The translations under genes were made by a program, and so were the position numbers. Of a stretch of 64,000 nucleotides of DNA, positions 24,831-37,860 are shown piece after piece. The stretch's first letter is position 1. Each line of letters begins with the position of its first letter. A model generated the notes under the pieces. That model saw nothing but the letters and a program-made list of their open reading frames with translations, did not search any database and was not told the DNA's origin. This stretch comes from Camelus dromedarius (taxonomy: Eukaryota): contig NC_087437.1 of the NCBI RefSeq assembly GCF_036321535.1, forward strand, positions 50,408,001 to 50,472,000. Direction: 5' to 3'.

Positions 24831-27800
24831 GTAGTACTGCGCTGGACCTTCCTGGGGACATATCCGCTAAGTTCTCAAACTTGGGGCATGCTATGGGAGA
24901 ACTGGCCTGACATTGCCATTTTTACTTTACTAATTCCTTCACTGTTTCTCACATGTTGTTTTTGTTTACCTGTTTTCCCTTTTTGTGATCTTTACACTTT
25001 TTTATATGTCCATACCTGAATATTTCATTAGTCTTCCTTTGGAGTTAGAGTGTTAAATCTTACATCACCTCAGGTTCTAACCTAGTAAGGTATTCTCAAA
25101 ACCTGTGGCCCTACATTCAAGAAATTATTCTTTTTCACTTTTCAAAATATGTTGTGCTATTTATTATTTCTGAAATCAGTTTTCCTACTTGATAGTTTTA
25201 TATCATTTTATATATGTTAATATAGTTAGACAGTGAATTACTTATCTAAGTCTACCTCTTGAATTGAATGGTCAAATGTAGGGGTGCTTGGACCTGTTAC
25301 TGAATAATTCCCTGTTGACTGATAATTCACTGAACTCTCAGTTCTTATTTTTCATAAACTTTCACAGTTACATCTTTGTAATGAGAAAGTATGAATTGAT
25401 AAGGACTTGATTCACTCCCCTCTTGAGAATTAAACCCTAACAACCATTTCTAGACCTAGTTGGGATATACAAAATATTTTAATTGGTAGTGATTATGGAG
25501 GATAAAAATTCTTACCACTAATAGTTATATTTTTACTTGGACTATTTGCCATTTTGTGTATTATAATTACTGGTCAAGAAGGTGTTACTGTTTCATCTGG
25601 GGTAAACCCTCATAAATGGTGAAACTTTAAAACAAAACTACTTGAAGATTATAAATCCCTTAACTCTGCTATAAATCAGACAATGGAACAGATGCAATAG
25701 TTTGAAAAAATGTGAATTATTATGTGAATTAATACTATAGGAATCTAATTTAAAATATTGCCCAAAATGGAAAATGTTGAAAGTTAATCAGCATTACTAC
25801 TAATTGAAAAGAAATTCAAAGGAATCTGAATTCTTACTTTGTTTTGAGTTACTTCATATGATTATCTTTACAATATATTTATCTTACATTTTGCTTTGAT
25901 AAATATAGACAGATTTTTAGTTTTTGAAACATGCCCTTATTGGGCTGCAAGGAAAATTGAGCTGAAAAGCTCACTGGGTAAAGAGGGGTAGCTGGCCAGG
26001 ATTTATATTATGTCCTGGTTAATCCACAAAGCAGATAATCCACTTGGGACCTGACTCTACTAATAATGTGAAATTATGTCCTTTGCAATAAAAATTCCCC
26101 AAAGGTTCAAGTGAATATTTCATAAAACAGGGATCTGGTGCTACTTTAATATGTTGATTAAAATGTATAGTACAGTTGAGAATTGGGTTCTTAGAATGTT
26201 CCTATTAAATAGTAGGGGCCTTGTTATGCTTACTTTTACAAAGGATTGGTAAGTGAATTTTCTTACCATCCTGTGACATATGGTCTTTCTATAAACAAGA
26301 AAGCAGAAGAACTCTCAAACTGAAAATATGATTTTAGTAGACTTGCTGGGGGATGTTACCCTGATCTGCAGTTTTTTTCCTGCTTATCACTGAATTTTAA
26401 GTGGTTCAGTGAAATATGTCTTGAATATTTCTCTTCTCATATATTTCTGCCTTTGGCATATAGTTTGAGATAAAAATCACTTTTTTAAAATGTGTTAAAT
26501 AATATCTTCTATATTTTCTGTACTGAAGTGGCAGCAGTAGTTTCTCTAGTCAAAATTTGATCAGCCTTGCCAAAATCGGGGGACTATTACGCTGAGCCCT
26601 AGCTGTGGCCATGGGCTAGGCTCTTCTAGTCATCTCCCTCTACTGGCGCCTGCTTCTTTGGCCTCCATTGTTCAGTCATTTTTTTCCCTCTGGATTCCTA
26701 GCCCTGCTCTGGATGCCCTCTTTGCAGCTGTACTTAGCAACTGTAGTGATACCAACAGGATGCTAGGGCTACTGACCTTTCTCATTATGGATCAAGGTGC
26801 TTAGGCCCCAGACCTGAAATCTACCACCACCACCAACAAAAAACATTTGAAGCCATTTCAATCAACTATAGGTCACCTACCTCTCCTTGTGTGACAAAGA
26901 TACTTACAGCTATTGCCTCATTTAACAAAGCATTGAACTACAAAAGGAACAGAAAACCTTAATGGCCTGTATTCAGTTATTTGCCACCAAAAGCTACACT
27001 TTTCTGAATGAATGAAATTCTATAAACAGATAGAATCAAACATTTAATAAATTGATAATAATAAGGCTGCCATTAGTGGCAGAATGCATATCTGGTAAGT
27101 ATGACACTTTACAAAACTATGTTATTTTCAAATCCATGCTGACTTAAATGTTTTCATCTGGAGGTCAAAAGGAAGAAAATACTAGTATTGACTTTATTCC
27201 TAACAATTATCCTGTGACATGCTGTGAATGATCGATACTTAGAAAACTGATTTCTTAATATCAGCTGTGATTAGTTAATTAATTATTGCTAGTCTGATTT
27301 ACCCTCTCAGTTAAAATTGGGGATTTTGTTTTTCACAGATACTCATACTCTCATTTACCTAAACTATAAGTTCCTAGTCATATGTTTTTATTTATGTAAC
27401 CACATAAAAATAAAGGGGCTTCAGTCTTTTTGAAACAAAGAATAAGCCCAGTTTATTAAAATAAGCTTTAATATAATTCATATTATATGCTTATTTTCAT
27501 ACTTAAATTTAGGCAGCATGTACAGAAATCTTCTCTCTGGAAATCCCTAAAAGACAGTATAGAGGTATTTTATTTATTATGACTGTCTTTCAAAATTGCT
27601 TATTTTACTTGGGGAGAAGTAAAGAGGGAAGGGAGTCTAGGGCAGTAAATGTGAGTTTGAGGCATGTTTTGGAGAAACAGGCCTTGGGTAAGAGAAGCAG
27701 TTATTTAAATGCCATCACTAAACAGCTACCTCTTCCAGTTCTGAATAATGACATGAAGATATTGCTTGTTTTAGGGTTTTTGTTATTAACCAAATTTGAA

Positions 27801-28114
27801 AATCAGTAATATTTGATGACTATTGATCTCACATTAAAAAGAAAGATATTTCCTTAAACACAAACCTTTTTTTTCCCCTCATAATTATAGTTTAAGACTT
27901 ATTTCCAAATATCTCTTTAAGGCTGAGCAAGGTGCTCACTTTGATTATCAAGTATATAAAACAGTTTTAAGTGCAAAAGAAAAATATGGTTTAAAATAGT
28001 TCGATAATTCTTATCTAAACTTAAAGAAGCTTTATTTGATAGGTAAAATGCCGTAAGAATGACTTTAAAAAGTAGAAATGTATGACAGTTTTCTAACACT
28101 AAGAAGATTTATGG

Positions 28115-28276
28115 GGAAGAGGGTGGAGTATATAGCTTAGTGGTGGAGCACACACTTAGCTTGCATGAGGCCCTGGTTTCAATTCCCAGTACCTCCATTA
28201 AAAATAAATAAACCTAACTACACCCTCCCCCCCCCCAAAAAAGCAAAATAAATAAAGTCTTAGCTCTTAAAAAAAA
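28115..28276 (+). mobile_element. tRNA-derived SINE (vic-1-like)
   Basis: TATAGCTTAGTGGTGGAGC...GGTTTCAATTCCCAGTACCTCC...AATAAATAAACCTAAC; TSD AAGATTTATGG on both sides. Confidence 0.85.
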
Positions 28277-29239
28277 AAGATTTATGGAAGATTTTTGTAG
28301 AAGCAACAGGAGAAACTTCTAAATGTTTACCATCATCAATATGAAAATAGTAAGAGCAGTGAACCAGAATTTATTTCAAAATGCAAGTTCTGTAAAGATG
28401 AAAATTTTTTATTAGCTGTACACAGTCATGTTGAATCTTCATAGTTGTTTTGCTTGGCAGCCCTTTTAGTTCTAAATTACGTGGTTGTTCCTGAGAAGTA
28501 AGTGTGGTAGAAAGTGAGTCTTACCAGTAAGTCAACATTTCTAATTAATCAGAAGTTACTTTTTGGTGCTTCCAGGTAGGGTCTTACTTTATTTTTTCTT
28601 TCTAGTATTGTTTTTCTAAGTATTTATAAGTTGTCTTTAAAAAAGAAAAGATAACGACTCCCTTTCCTTAGATTAAATGAAATGAGATCTGAATGCTCCA
28701 CCCCCACTTCTACTAGAAGCTATGACTACATGTACTGTGGCTGGGGTCTTAGTTCTAAATATGAGATCAAAGATGGGTATATGGGAAAGTGGTGGAGCTT
28801 GGAGATTTGCTAGAGAACTCTTTATAGATAGATTTACAGAAACAGTTAAACAGAATTCAGCATTTTCAAAGCAGATGGGGTTTTTTCCTCCTTAGGGAAA
28901 TAAAGGAAATGTATTTTGCTTAGTTCAAAAAGTGATCTGAAGAAGTCAGTTCTTTATAATATTCTTGATATTTCAAGATGTTTACTCTCAGTGTTAAGTT
29001 GCCCATAGTTTAATACCTGTCCTTAGATTTTAAAGTGAAAGGTGATGAATGCAAAGCAAGGTAATTACCTAATTTCAGGTCCAGACCTAAGCAATGTTCT
29101 GCACATCTGTGGACACTCAAATGCTGCTGATTTTATGGATGTCATCTTTAGTGAATCCCTGTCAGTTGGTTTAGTACCAGTGCAAAGCACACATTGAACT
29201 AAGAAGTACCAGACAAATTCCTTGCTCTTTCTGGTCTAG

Positions 29240-29562
29240 TTCAGTGCTCCCCAGATGAATGTGGTGAAGGACCAGTTTGTTGTTTTCTGGTTTTGTTGTT
29301 TTTTAGTTCCAGTTCACCATGGACCAATGCTTTTGTAAAATACAAGTAAAAATTATTAGGAAATGAAATTTAAAAGATACATAAAATAAACCCTAATTTT
29401 AAAATTATTATTAGATTCAACAGTTACAAAAGTATTCTGTCAAATTGCCATAAAATTTTCTAATCTCTTAAACTCACAGACCAGATACTTGTCTCCTCAT
29501 GGGCCAGTAACAGTGTCTTCGGAACAACACTGATCCAGGGATCATACTGTGAGTCGCATTGG
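29240..29562. mobile_element. hAT-Charlie non-autonomous element
   Basis: CAGTGCT.. left end and ..GCATTG right end with Charlie-like interior; subfamily not assigned. Confidence 0.5.
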
Positions 29563-29859
29563 TCTTTTTGCAAGGGAGTAGGAGTAACTACTCTCTCTCA
29601 CACTTAGGCTAAACGTGTGCTGAATACACAACATGCTTTTCTGCCCATCCACAGTTACTCATTCTCTTTGCTTAGCCTAAAATGCTCTCTCCTCTATCTC
29701 CAGCTATTGAAATCCCATCTAGTGTTCAGTATGTATTTTAGATGCCATTTTTCTCATCAGATATCTCATGCCCTCCCACCAATATCGACAACAGCTGGGT
29801 TTGAGCTTTCCCTTCTCTTTTTTGATATTCGAAGTCTGCCTCTTCCCATAATTATAAAA

Positions 29860-30105
29860 AGGCAGTATAATGGCATGGTAAAGAGGTCTGGGCTCTGGAA
29901 TCAAAAAAACCAAGACTTAAAGCCCTAACTGGATGAGCTTGAACATGTTTTTAACTTCTCTGTTTCCTTATCTGTAAAATATGCATGAGTATGGTGTGTA
30001 TCCCAAAAGGTGGTTAGAAATTAGATAACCTATGCGGAGCATCTTACATTGTAACTGGCACATGTGTAGTAAGCATTCCATTAATATAACTGCCATTATT
30101 ATTTA
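29860..30105 (+). mobile_element. MIR SINE (near full length)
   Basis: aggcagtata.tg.catggt.aagag...ggctctggaatca...tttccttatctgtaaaat. Confidence 0.7.
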
Positions 30106-31684
30106 TTCCTAACTTATCTCCCATCCTTTATCCTTAACTCACTAGATTAAAGGCAGGGTTGCTGTCCCAGTAGAAACCAGCCTTGCTCAATAAACATCAG
30201 TTGAATGTAAGTGCTTCTGTCATTTAAATGATACAAACAAGCAGTAGAATAGAATTCAGAGAGAGATTACTGATAGCTGGAGAGGTAAGAGAAGTTTTAT
30301 AGAGATGATGGTATTTAAATTGAACTTGATGTTGTGGGTCAGCATTCTGCCCCTTATTGGTGACAGTGCCCACAGGCAGGGAACACTGCCTGGTTGGCTG
30401 TGTGGAGACTACTTAGGAGCGTTTAGAATAAGAAAGGCAGCCTGAGGTCAGGTTATAAAGGGGCTTTAAAGGCCACCTTGTGGTGGTGTACTTTCTCCTT
30501 TGAGCATGTGGGAGCTCTAAAGTCCCGCTTCCTACAGAGGATGATTTTTGAGATAAAGGAAGCTGGAGCCTAGTGACCCAAGGAGAAAACTGGGAAATTG
30601 GTGAAATCCTGTTACCTAAACCAGCATTTCCTAAACTATCCCTCTGAATATTGACATTCCTTGTGGTGTTGAGTAATGTTCCCTGGGGGAATGGAAGGAA
30701 GGGGAGTGTACCAAAAAAACAAATTTGAGAATTGCACTGTCTAGCTCTCCCCCTGAAGACTTCCATACATCCTGATTATTGACAGTCCTTTACTCAAGAA
30801 GTCTTTGTAGACCTTCGTTGAACTAGTATTTCTCAAAGTTAGCCATAGAACTTTTTTTATGCAACATCTGTAAATATCTCATAAACACAGTTTAAAAAAA
30901 CAGTAATGCAAACAGTCATAAACCCAGAGTATTATAATGAGAGCACAAGTAAAATTTGGCTATTTCTCAGTGCTTAGCAGATCCTAGGACATAAGGTGCA
31001 ATCAGTTCGTTGCCAAATAGGAACCGCATTGTCTTGCACTTCTTGATTTTGGCAGAATTACTCCATGCAGGAATTTTGCAGGACCTCACCAGTTGCTTAG
31101 GTTCAGAATGCCAGGTTACTTATGTCTCATCACATCCGTCTCTTCTGTCCATTGTGAGTGTCTCCACAAATGTCCGCTGTTGCCATGCTTACACTTGACA
31201 CTTGGTGATTCCCAACCTTTGAATTGCAGCACTCTAAAATCTGTATTTGTTGTTCTCCTTCCTCCATACTTTCAAAGATTTGTTATGCAATATGTTATAT
31301 ATGTAAAGGAAAGTGAATGAAAGTAAGTTTGTTTAAAATGATAATCCTTGAGAAATTTAGGAGTATCCTTGACTGTGTCAAAACCAGGGTTGGGATTCAT
31401 TGGGCTATGTGGTCATACCATTTTTTCCCCCTATTTTAACAGGATTAAAATTAGTAGTACTATAGCTTTATGTTATCTTGCCAGGTTATTTATGCCTGAA
31501 TCAGTGTACGTCTTGCATACTTACAGAAATTAATCTGGTCACTTAGTCACTACTTTAATAGATTTTAATAATGTACAATCAGTTAATTTTTTAAAAGCAA
31601 GATGAGCTTATGGGAATGGTTAGCACTTAATAGTTTCTTAGCAATTTAAGGCAAATGATGCTTTTTTCAAGGATAATGTATGGA

Positions 31685-31697
31685 GTGTGTGTATGTA

Positions 31698-31736
<39 letters not shown>
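31685..31736. repeat. (TG)n microsatellite with (TATG)3 interruption
   Basis: Read directly: about 17 uninterrupted TG units from 31702. Confidence 0.95.
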
Positions 31737-31739
<3 letters not shown>

Positions 31740-32265
31740 GTATTTAAAACCTGGCATATGGTAAACACTACATAAGGTGTTTGCTACTATTGTTGTTGTT
31801 ATTGTTGAAGATTAGAGATAGGTGGTCCTGCCTGGTTATTTCTAGTCTTCAAAATAACTTACAGTCTACTTTTCTCAATTGCTAGGTATTTTTAATTGAA
31901 ATTGCAGGAGCATTTAACCTAAACAAAAGCTTAAAGAAAAAATAGAATTTATTAAATTCTAAGTGATTGATGTAAATCATTTTGACCATAATATATTATT
32001 AAGATATTAAAATCCAAAATCTTTGCAGATTTATATAATACTCAGCTATTTGTTTTCATATAATTATTTCAGTCAGCCTCTAATTTTGGACACAGTGTCT
32101 TTTAAATATTTTTGTATGATTATTCTTAATTAAAGCCTTCCATATTGTAGAAAACATGCATTTATATACATTACTTTTGATTTTTAAAGTGCTTGTTGTA
32201 ATTTTTTTAATGCTTTCTGGAATTCCAAACCTATAAATAATATTTTTCTGCTTCAACTCCTCCAG

Positions 32266-32399
32266 CTTACTGAAACAAATTCAAGTATCAAGTGCTTGGA
32301 CTCCATGTGCTGTTTCTCAGAAGGAGAAACAGCGTGCGCGTCTATTGGAAGAATGCTGGAACGAGTAATCGGAAGATGTAGTCCAACCCATGTCAGCAG
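32266..32399 (+). CDS. ATP11B: ATP11B canonical penultimate exon (LTETNSSIKCLDSMCCFSEGETACASIGRMLERVIGRCSPTHVS)
   Basis: ctccag acceptor, AG|gtgtga donor, 134 nt, phase 0-2; matches the recalled canonical ATP11B tail. Confidence 0.95.
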
Positions 32400-32482
32400 G
32401 TGTGAAATTTCTCTAAGTAGCCTTTGCTGCAGTTGAGTATCCTGTAAACTGGAACAGGATGAACCTGCATCTCTAGATACCT

Positions 32483-32488
32483 AATAAA
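32483..32488 (+). terminator. Candidate intronic polyadenylation signal AATAAA
   Basis: 47 nt after the read-through stop TGA (32434-32436); usage not shown. Confidence 0.4.
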
Positions 32489-35259
32489 TCAGCAGCTGGT
32501 TTTATCAGCTGAAGCAGAAAGTGTGCCATTTATTAGCACTCTTTGACGGTATTTCACTGTGTGGCTTTAGGGTAGAGGGTTCTTTCACTAACAGAGGAAG
32601 AAAAAGCACCTTTGAAGAGACGTTTCATCTAATGAACAAAAATTTTGCTTTACAGTCTTTCTCAAATGTGAATATAGGAGTGTGTATATGGTACTCTTGG
32701 TTGGTATTTATAACTTTCTTTTTTTGATTATACCTATACTGTTGTTTTATTTCCTGCATTTTTTTGCTTTTTTGTATTTATAAAATAATCTACACATAAT
32801 AGTAAAATCAGAAGATTTTTGCTTTTCTTATTCTTTGTGCGTATTTACTACTCAGTCATTTGAGACTTTGAGGTATTTATAAACATATAAGGCTGCATTT
32901 CTGCTCTGCTATATCTTTTTATCTATGTAATGATATTTTAAAATGAGTTATGATTTTTAATTTTTTACTTGGCATTTGTGGTCTAATTGAAAGTTTGTAA
33001 GTTAGAACAGGCTCTTTAAATTATGGTTTAGAAGAATCTTAACATTTCTATCCCCTCCCAAATGTGTTTCTTGAACTAGATTTGCTTTTGTGGATTATAA
33101 CAAAAAAATACCATCTTTTGGTAAATACTACTTAAATTGTATTTAAAAATGAAATTGATTCAGTTCTTTATGTGGTTATCCAAGAGACATTATTATTTAG
33201 GAAATATTAAGGAATAGAAGTAACTTTTTTCATACTTCGGTGTACGTTAGGTGATGATATTAAAGTCCACAAATCAGAGCAGCAGGGCTCTGGTGTGCAT
33301 GAAGGGTTACAGATGAGCAAGGATAGATGGTGATTTCGATTGTCCACAGTGTGCCATGTAAATAGTATCATTTTCTACATGTTCCATCGCTTGGAAAATG
33401 TTGGAAAGAAAGACTCCAGAGGAGTAAAGGGTAGAGGAGACACTATTCTCTTATCTATTGATAAAAAAAATTTTTAATACTTGGTTGGCTTTATGTTTTT
33501 AAAATGATAAGAATGATATCATTCATGTATAATGGAGTACAGGTAACTTTTACTGGTGAACTAGTTAGTTCCCACTTTGCCTTTATTTATGGCCATTTCT
33601 TTACCATACACTTGCATTTATAAAGAGCATCCTTATGTCAATATAACTTCTATGGTTTCAGCCTCCATTTGTTGATTATAATGTAATCAAAAATATTTCC
33701 ATAATGTTGTCATCATTTTATAGTAATTTTATTGCATATATAAGAATTGCCATGAGCAGCTAAATTTATTGGGACTTATATGTTATGACTTAGACAATAG
33801 TATTATAAAATGTGTTACAGAAAAGCAGTTCTGTCATGCACCCAGGCCAGTGAACTTCCCAAAGGAAGTTCACAAGGATCTAATTTACAACATTCTTTTA
33901 CTTATTAAGAAAGCTTCACTGCACAGAACTAAGGTGAGAGTTAGATTAAGAGACTACTATAGAACTTTTAGAGAATTTTTAAAATATCTTTTTCAACAAG
34001 AAGTTCTCTTTAGTTACGATATAAATCTTCCCTATTAAAAAAAAAAGACTAGAAATAATTTTCAGTGAGCCCAAAATATTTTTCTGCTTTAAATATATTC
34101 CTATTTATTATTATTATGCAAATATTATTTGCATAGTCATTTTTATGCCACATTATTCCTTTTGAACCTGCCCCAGGAATTATAGGATTTATTTCTGCAT
34201 GTTCTACTGAAGGTGTCTGTTCTCATCTGCACTTCTTTTCACTTAAAATTGTTTAGGTTATATTATTGGTTACTACTGTCGTGACCTCCCTGTTTTCTTC
34301 AAATGAATCATCTAAAAAGTCTTTTGAGATTTGTTCTTTTGTTCTTTCTTTTTTCTTTTTTTAGTGGATAAAATCATACAGTATGCAAAACCACTCAGTG
34401 CTTTTCAAAGGGCTATATGAAAATTGCCATCAGTTCATTAACATTATATTTAAACTTTGAAAAGGCCATTTTTGATATGTTGAATTTTGTTTTTGTTTTT
34501 TACATATAATTGTATTAGTGGAATATGTTAGGCATTTCTGTTTTGATTTTGGAGCAGCCCCTATTCTACATTTCTCTTTCATGTCTAATTTAAAAGGTAA
34601 GACAAGGCTAATACCACTATTACATGATGTAGAATCCCTTGAATATTTATTCCATTAACATTAAACATAAGAGATAATGGGTATCATGTGAGAAATATAG
34701 CTAATGCTTTCATATGACAAATTACTGATGAAGTTTTACCATCTAGGCACAGAAATTCTACTTATATTTTATCAATTGATGTTGTCAAGGGGTTATGCCA
34801 TATTGCAAGCTCAGTTTCAAAGGTAGCATCATGGTATTATGTAGGGGATATGCCATGTTGTATGCTAAAGGGCTGTACTTCAGCAATAAATGTTTTTTTT
34901 TTTTTAATGTATTTTACCAACAGTTACTTTATCTTAATCAAAACTATCTTTTAAATAGGTAAGAATTATTAGTTCACATGTAGTTCAGGTGTTTAATATT
35001 TCTGTCAATTATTATATTTAACAATATGAATGCACATGTGTACTTTGAAAAAATCAAAAATGAAAGAAACTTTACCTAATGAGATTCTTCTACATAAGCA
35101 ATGGTTGGAAAAGAGGAAAAAATAACATAAATATTGACAGTTGAGGAGTGGAAAATTGACTCCAGATAGTTAGTGTATTTATAGTTATGTTTTGTTGTGT
35201 GTTTCTGAACATACTTTTCCTTGCATAAATACTTAACCCTAAGAAATGTTCATAGTCTC

Positions 35260-35345
35260 ATTTCATTCATTTAGTTTACGAATACTGAGTGCCTACTATG
35301 TACCAGGCACAGTTCTAGGTGCTAGAGAGATGGTATTGAACAAGC
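35260..35345 (-). mobile_element. LINE-2 3' end fragment
   Basis: ttcattcattt...tactgagtgcctactatgtaccaggcac.gttctaggtgct. Confidence 0.65.
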
Positions 35346-36483
35346 CCTTCTTAAACTAAGGTAGATATTGTTTAAGATTTTTGGAAACTGGTAAAATTAT
35401 TAGAGAACCTGTAAACCTCTGGTATGGTTTCTGCTTGTTTGTCTTCCTCTTAGCTAACTTTGTAAAGTTTCTAGGTTCCAAACTTCATTGTGACTGTGCT
35501 CACTTAAACCGATTTAAACTTGAATTACATACAAACTTTACAGTCTCTAGGAAACAGGTTTTTGATAAAAGTGAATGTAGGCTGTTTTAAATGCTACTCT
35601 CATCCTCTAACATCTTTATTTAACGAAAGATGGGGAACGTTACATAAAATGTATGTATTGTTAAGTGCTTTTAGTCTTCTAAAAAAAAAAAAAAAGCCAC
35701 CTTTGACTTGGTAACCCTAATACTGTCCTTTGAATAGGTTAAGCTATTTTAAGCATGACAGGCTGTTTTTAGTCTTCAGTTACTTTGGCTGAAATTCATA
35801 CAGCTGCAAATAAAATATTGTATAATGAATTGCTTATGGGCCTTAACATTCAGACAAGACAGTAGTTAACTTTTTCCAGACCAGTAGAGGATCATTTGTT
35901 CTTAGTTAAGTGGAAACCCTAGTGACTTACAGGTGTCTTTGATACCTGTTGAATTAAAACATTTACTTCATTCAAGCTGATTATGCTAAAACCTTAGAAT
36001 TTATAACTGAAAAGAAATAATAGTGTAATATGAACATACTACTGTTCCATTCCAAAGCTTTTGGTAAGTGATTTTGTTTGCTTCTGTAATGTCAAAATAC
36101 AGCCTAGTTGCTTTTCAGTAAAACTGAATGTGCATAACTCTTAATAACATACTTGTTTCTTATTGAATTGTTAAGATTTTAAAATTGTCTCATGCTTTAC
36201 TATCTATAGAAGTTGTTTTAATGCTAATGAATGTCTGAATTGTGGCTAATAATTTCATATGATAACTAGAGCATTACTTTTCCCAAGTTTTTGTATAATA
36301 TAAATAGAATGGTCATTCACTGCTAGCATTTAAAAATGCAACTTTAACATTTAAAAGTGAATCAGTCAGTGATTATTTTTTAATACTCAAATTGCATTTT
36401 GGTCCTAAGTTTTACAGTAAATTTTTTTCTGAATTAAAACATAGGTCCTGGTGAGCCAAACTTTTCTTTTATTGTTACTTTAG

Positions 36484-36565
36484 ATCATGGAGTGCACCGG
36501 ATCCTTTCTATACCAACGACAGGAGCATCTTGACTCTCTCCACAATGGACTCATCTACTTGTTAA
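36484..36565 (+). CDS. ATP11B: ATP11B terminal coding exon (SWSAPDPFYTNDRSILTLSTMDSSTC*)
   Basis: ctttag acceptor, entered in phase 2, TAA at 36563-36565. Confidence 0.96.
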
Positions 36566-37216
36566 AGGGGCAGTAGTACTTTGTGGGAGCCATTTCAACT
36601 CCTTTCCTAAAACTCAGTGTGAGCATCCTGGTAATGGCCACACTAGCTCTGCAGAATTAGTTTCTGACATCTCTGGAATAGTTCATACCCACTCAAAGTT
36701 ATAATGGCAAGCAAACAAAAATCATTAACATGCACCCCTCTCAGCTCCCTTTAATTTAAATCTGAACATGTTAAAATTTGTGAATAAAGAGACATTTTTC
36801 ATCTCTTTATCTGGATTGTCTCATGTGCTTATGGGACTCCTAATGGCATTTCAGCCTCTTGCTAAGGCCACTATATTTTAATATCAAGGTAAAAAAGAGG
36901 TAATTCCTGGTTAATTGTATTTTTTAGTATTAGCTTGGTTATTGAGTCTTCTATTTAAATCTGCTTCTGTAAATTATGCTGAAGTTTGCCTTGAAAACTC
37001 TATTTTTTTATTAGAGTTATATTTGAAGCTTTTCATGGGAAAAGTTAATGTGAATAGTAAGGAATTTTGGTCCCTCAGTGACCCATGTTGCTAATTCATT
37101 AATGCTTTCTAAGTTCCCAGAGCAAATTAGGAGAATGCATTTCCAACCATTATTTCCTGCATTATGGGTAGTAAGTATATACCGGTACCAAAATTTCTCT
37201 AAATGTACTGTAACAG

Positions 37217-37860
37217 TCTGCCCGGTGTCTCATTATAAGGTATGTTTTCAGATGTGGGTATAGAATGTAAATGAAACAAAGTCTAACTATATACATGCAA
37301 AGGATATATCATATCTTACATATAAATCAGGAATCAAGTCCATTCACCAGATTTCAAATTGATGTTTACTATTTTTGTGACAGTATAAAGAACCTATAGT
37401 GGGTGAATTATTATTATTATTATTTCATGTGTTTATCTATTGGATCTTTTGCATGCTTTAATCTGGTTAATATATTTAAATTTGCTTTTTTTCTTCTATC
37501 TGAAGACTCTGTTTATAGTATTTTATGATACTGTTGTTAAGTTCAACTATATCAATAAAAAGCAAGTTTGGACAGTATTTAAATATTGCAAATACTTTAA
37601 ATTATACAAATCAAAAGTTTAGGGCAACTAAGTAAAATTTGAGAAGAGCCTCTTTCTATAGCTAGCTTAGAATTGCTCTTGCCTTTCAGTAAGCTAGCTT
37701 TTAGAATAAAGGATTTCAGATGAGAATCCTGTTATTTTTAGGTTAGTATATGTTGTCTAAGTTATAGCAGACTACCACAGTAAAGTGAAATCTGCCCAGT
37801 GTCTCATTATAAGGTACATTTTCAGATGTGGGTATAGAATGTAAATGAAACAAAGTCCAA
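37217..37860 (+). repeat. 70-bp dispersed direct duplication (37217-37286 and 37791-37860)
   Basis: Hand alignment 66/70 identical, offset 574 bp. Confidence 0.95.

Noticed and set aside
29617..31533. 100-117 aa intronic ORFs (29617, 30413) and neighbours
   Set aside because: Overlap degenerate MIR/hAT/L2-like sequence, lack a recognisable domain and have no convincing splice context.
37217..37860. Repeat-spacer (CRISPR-like) interpretation of the 70-bp duplication
   Set aside because: Only two copies, in a eukaryotic 3'UTR, with no array periodicity.
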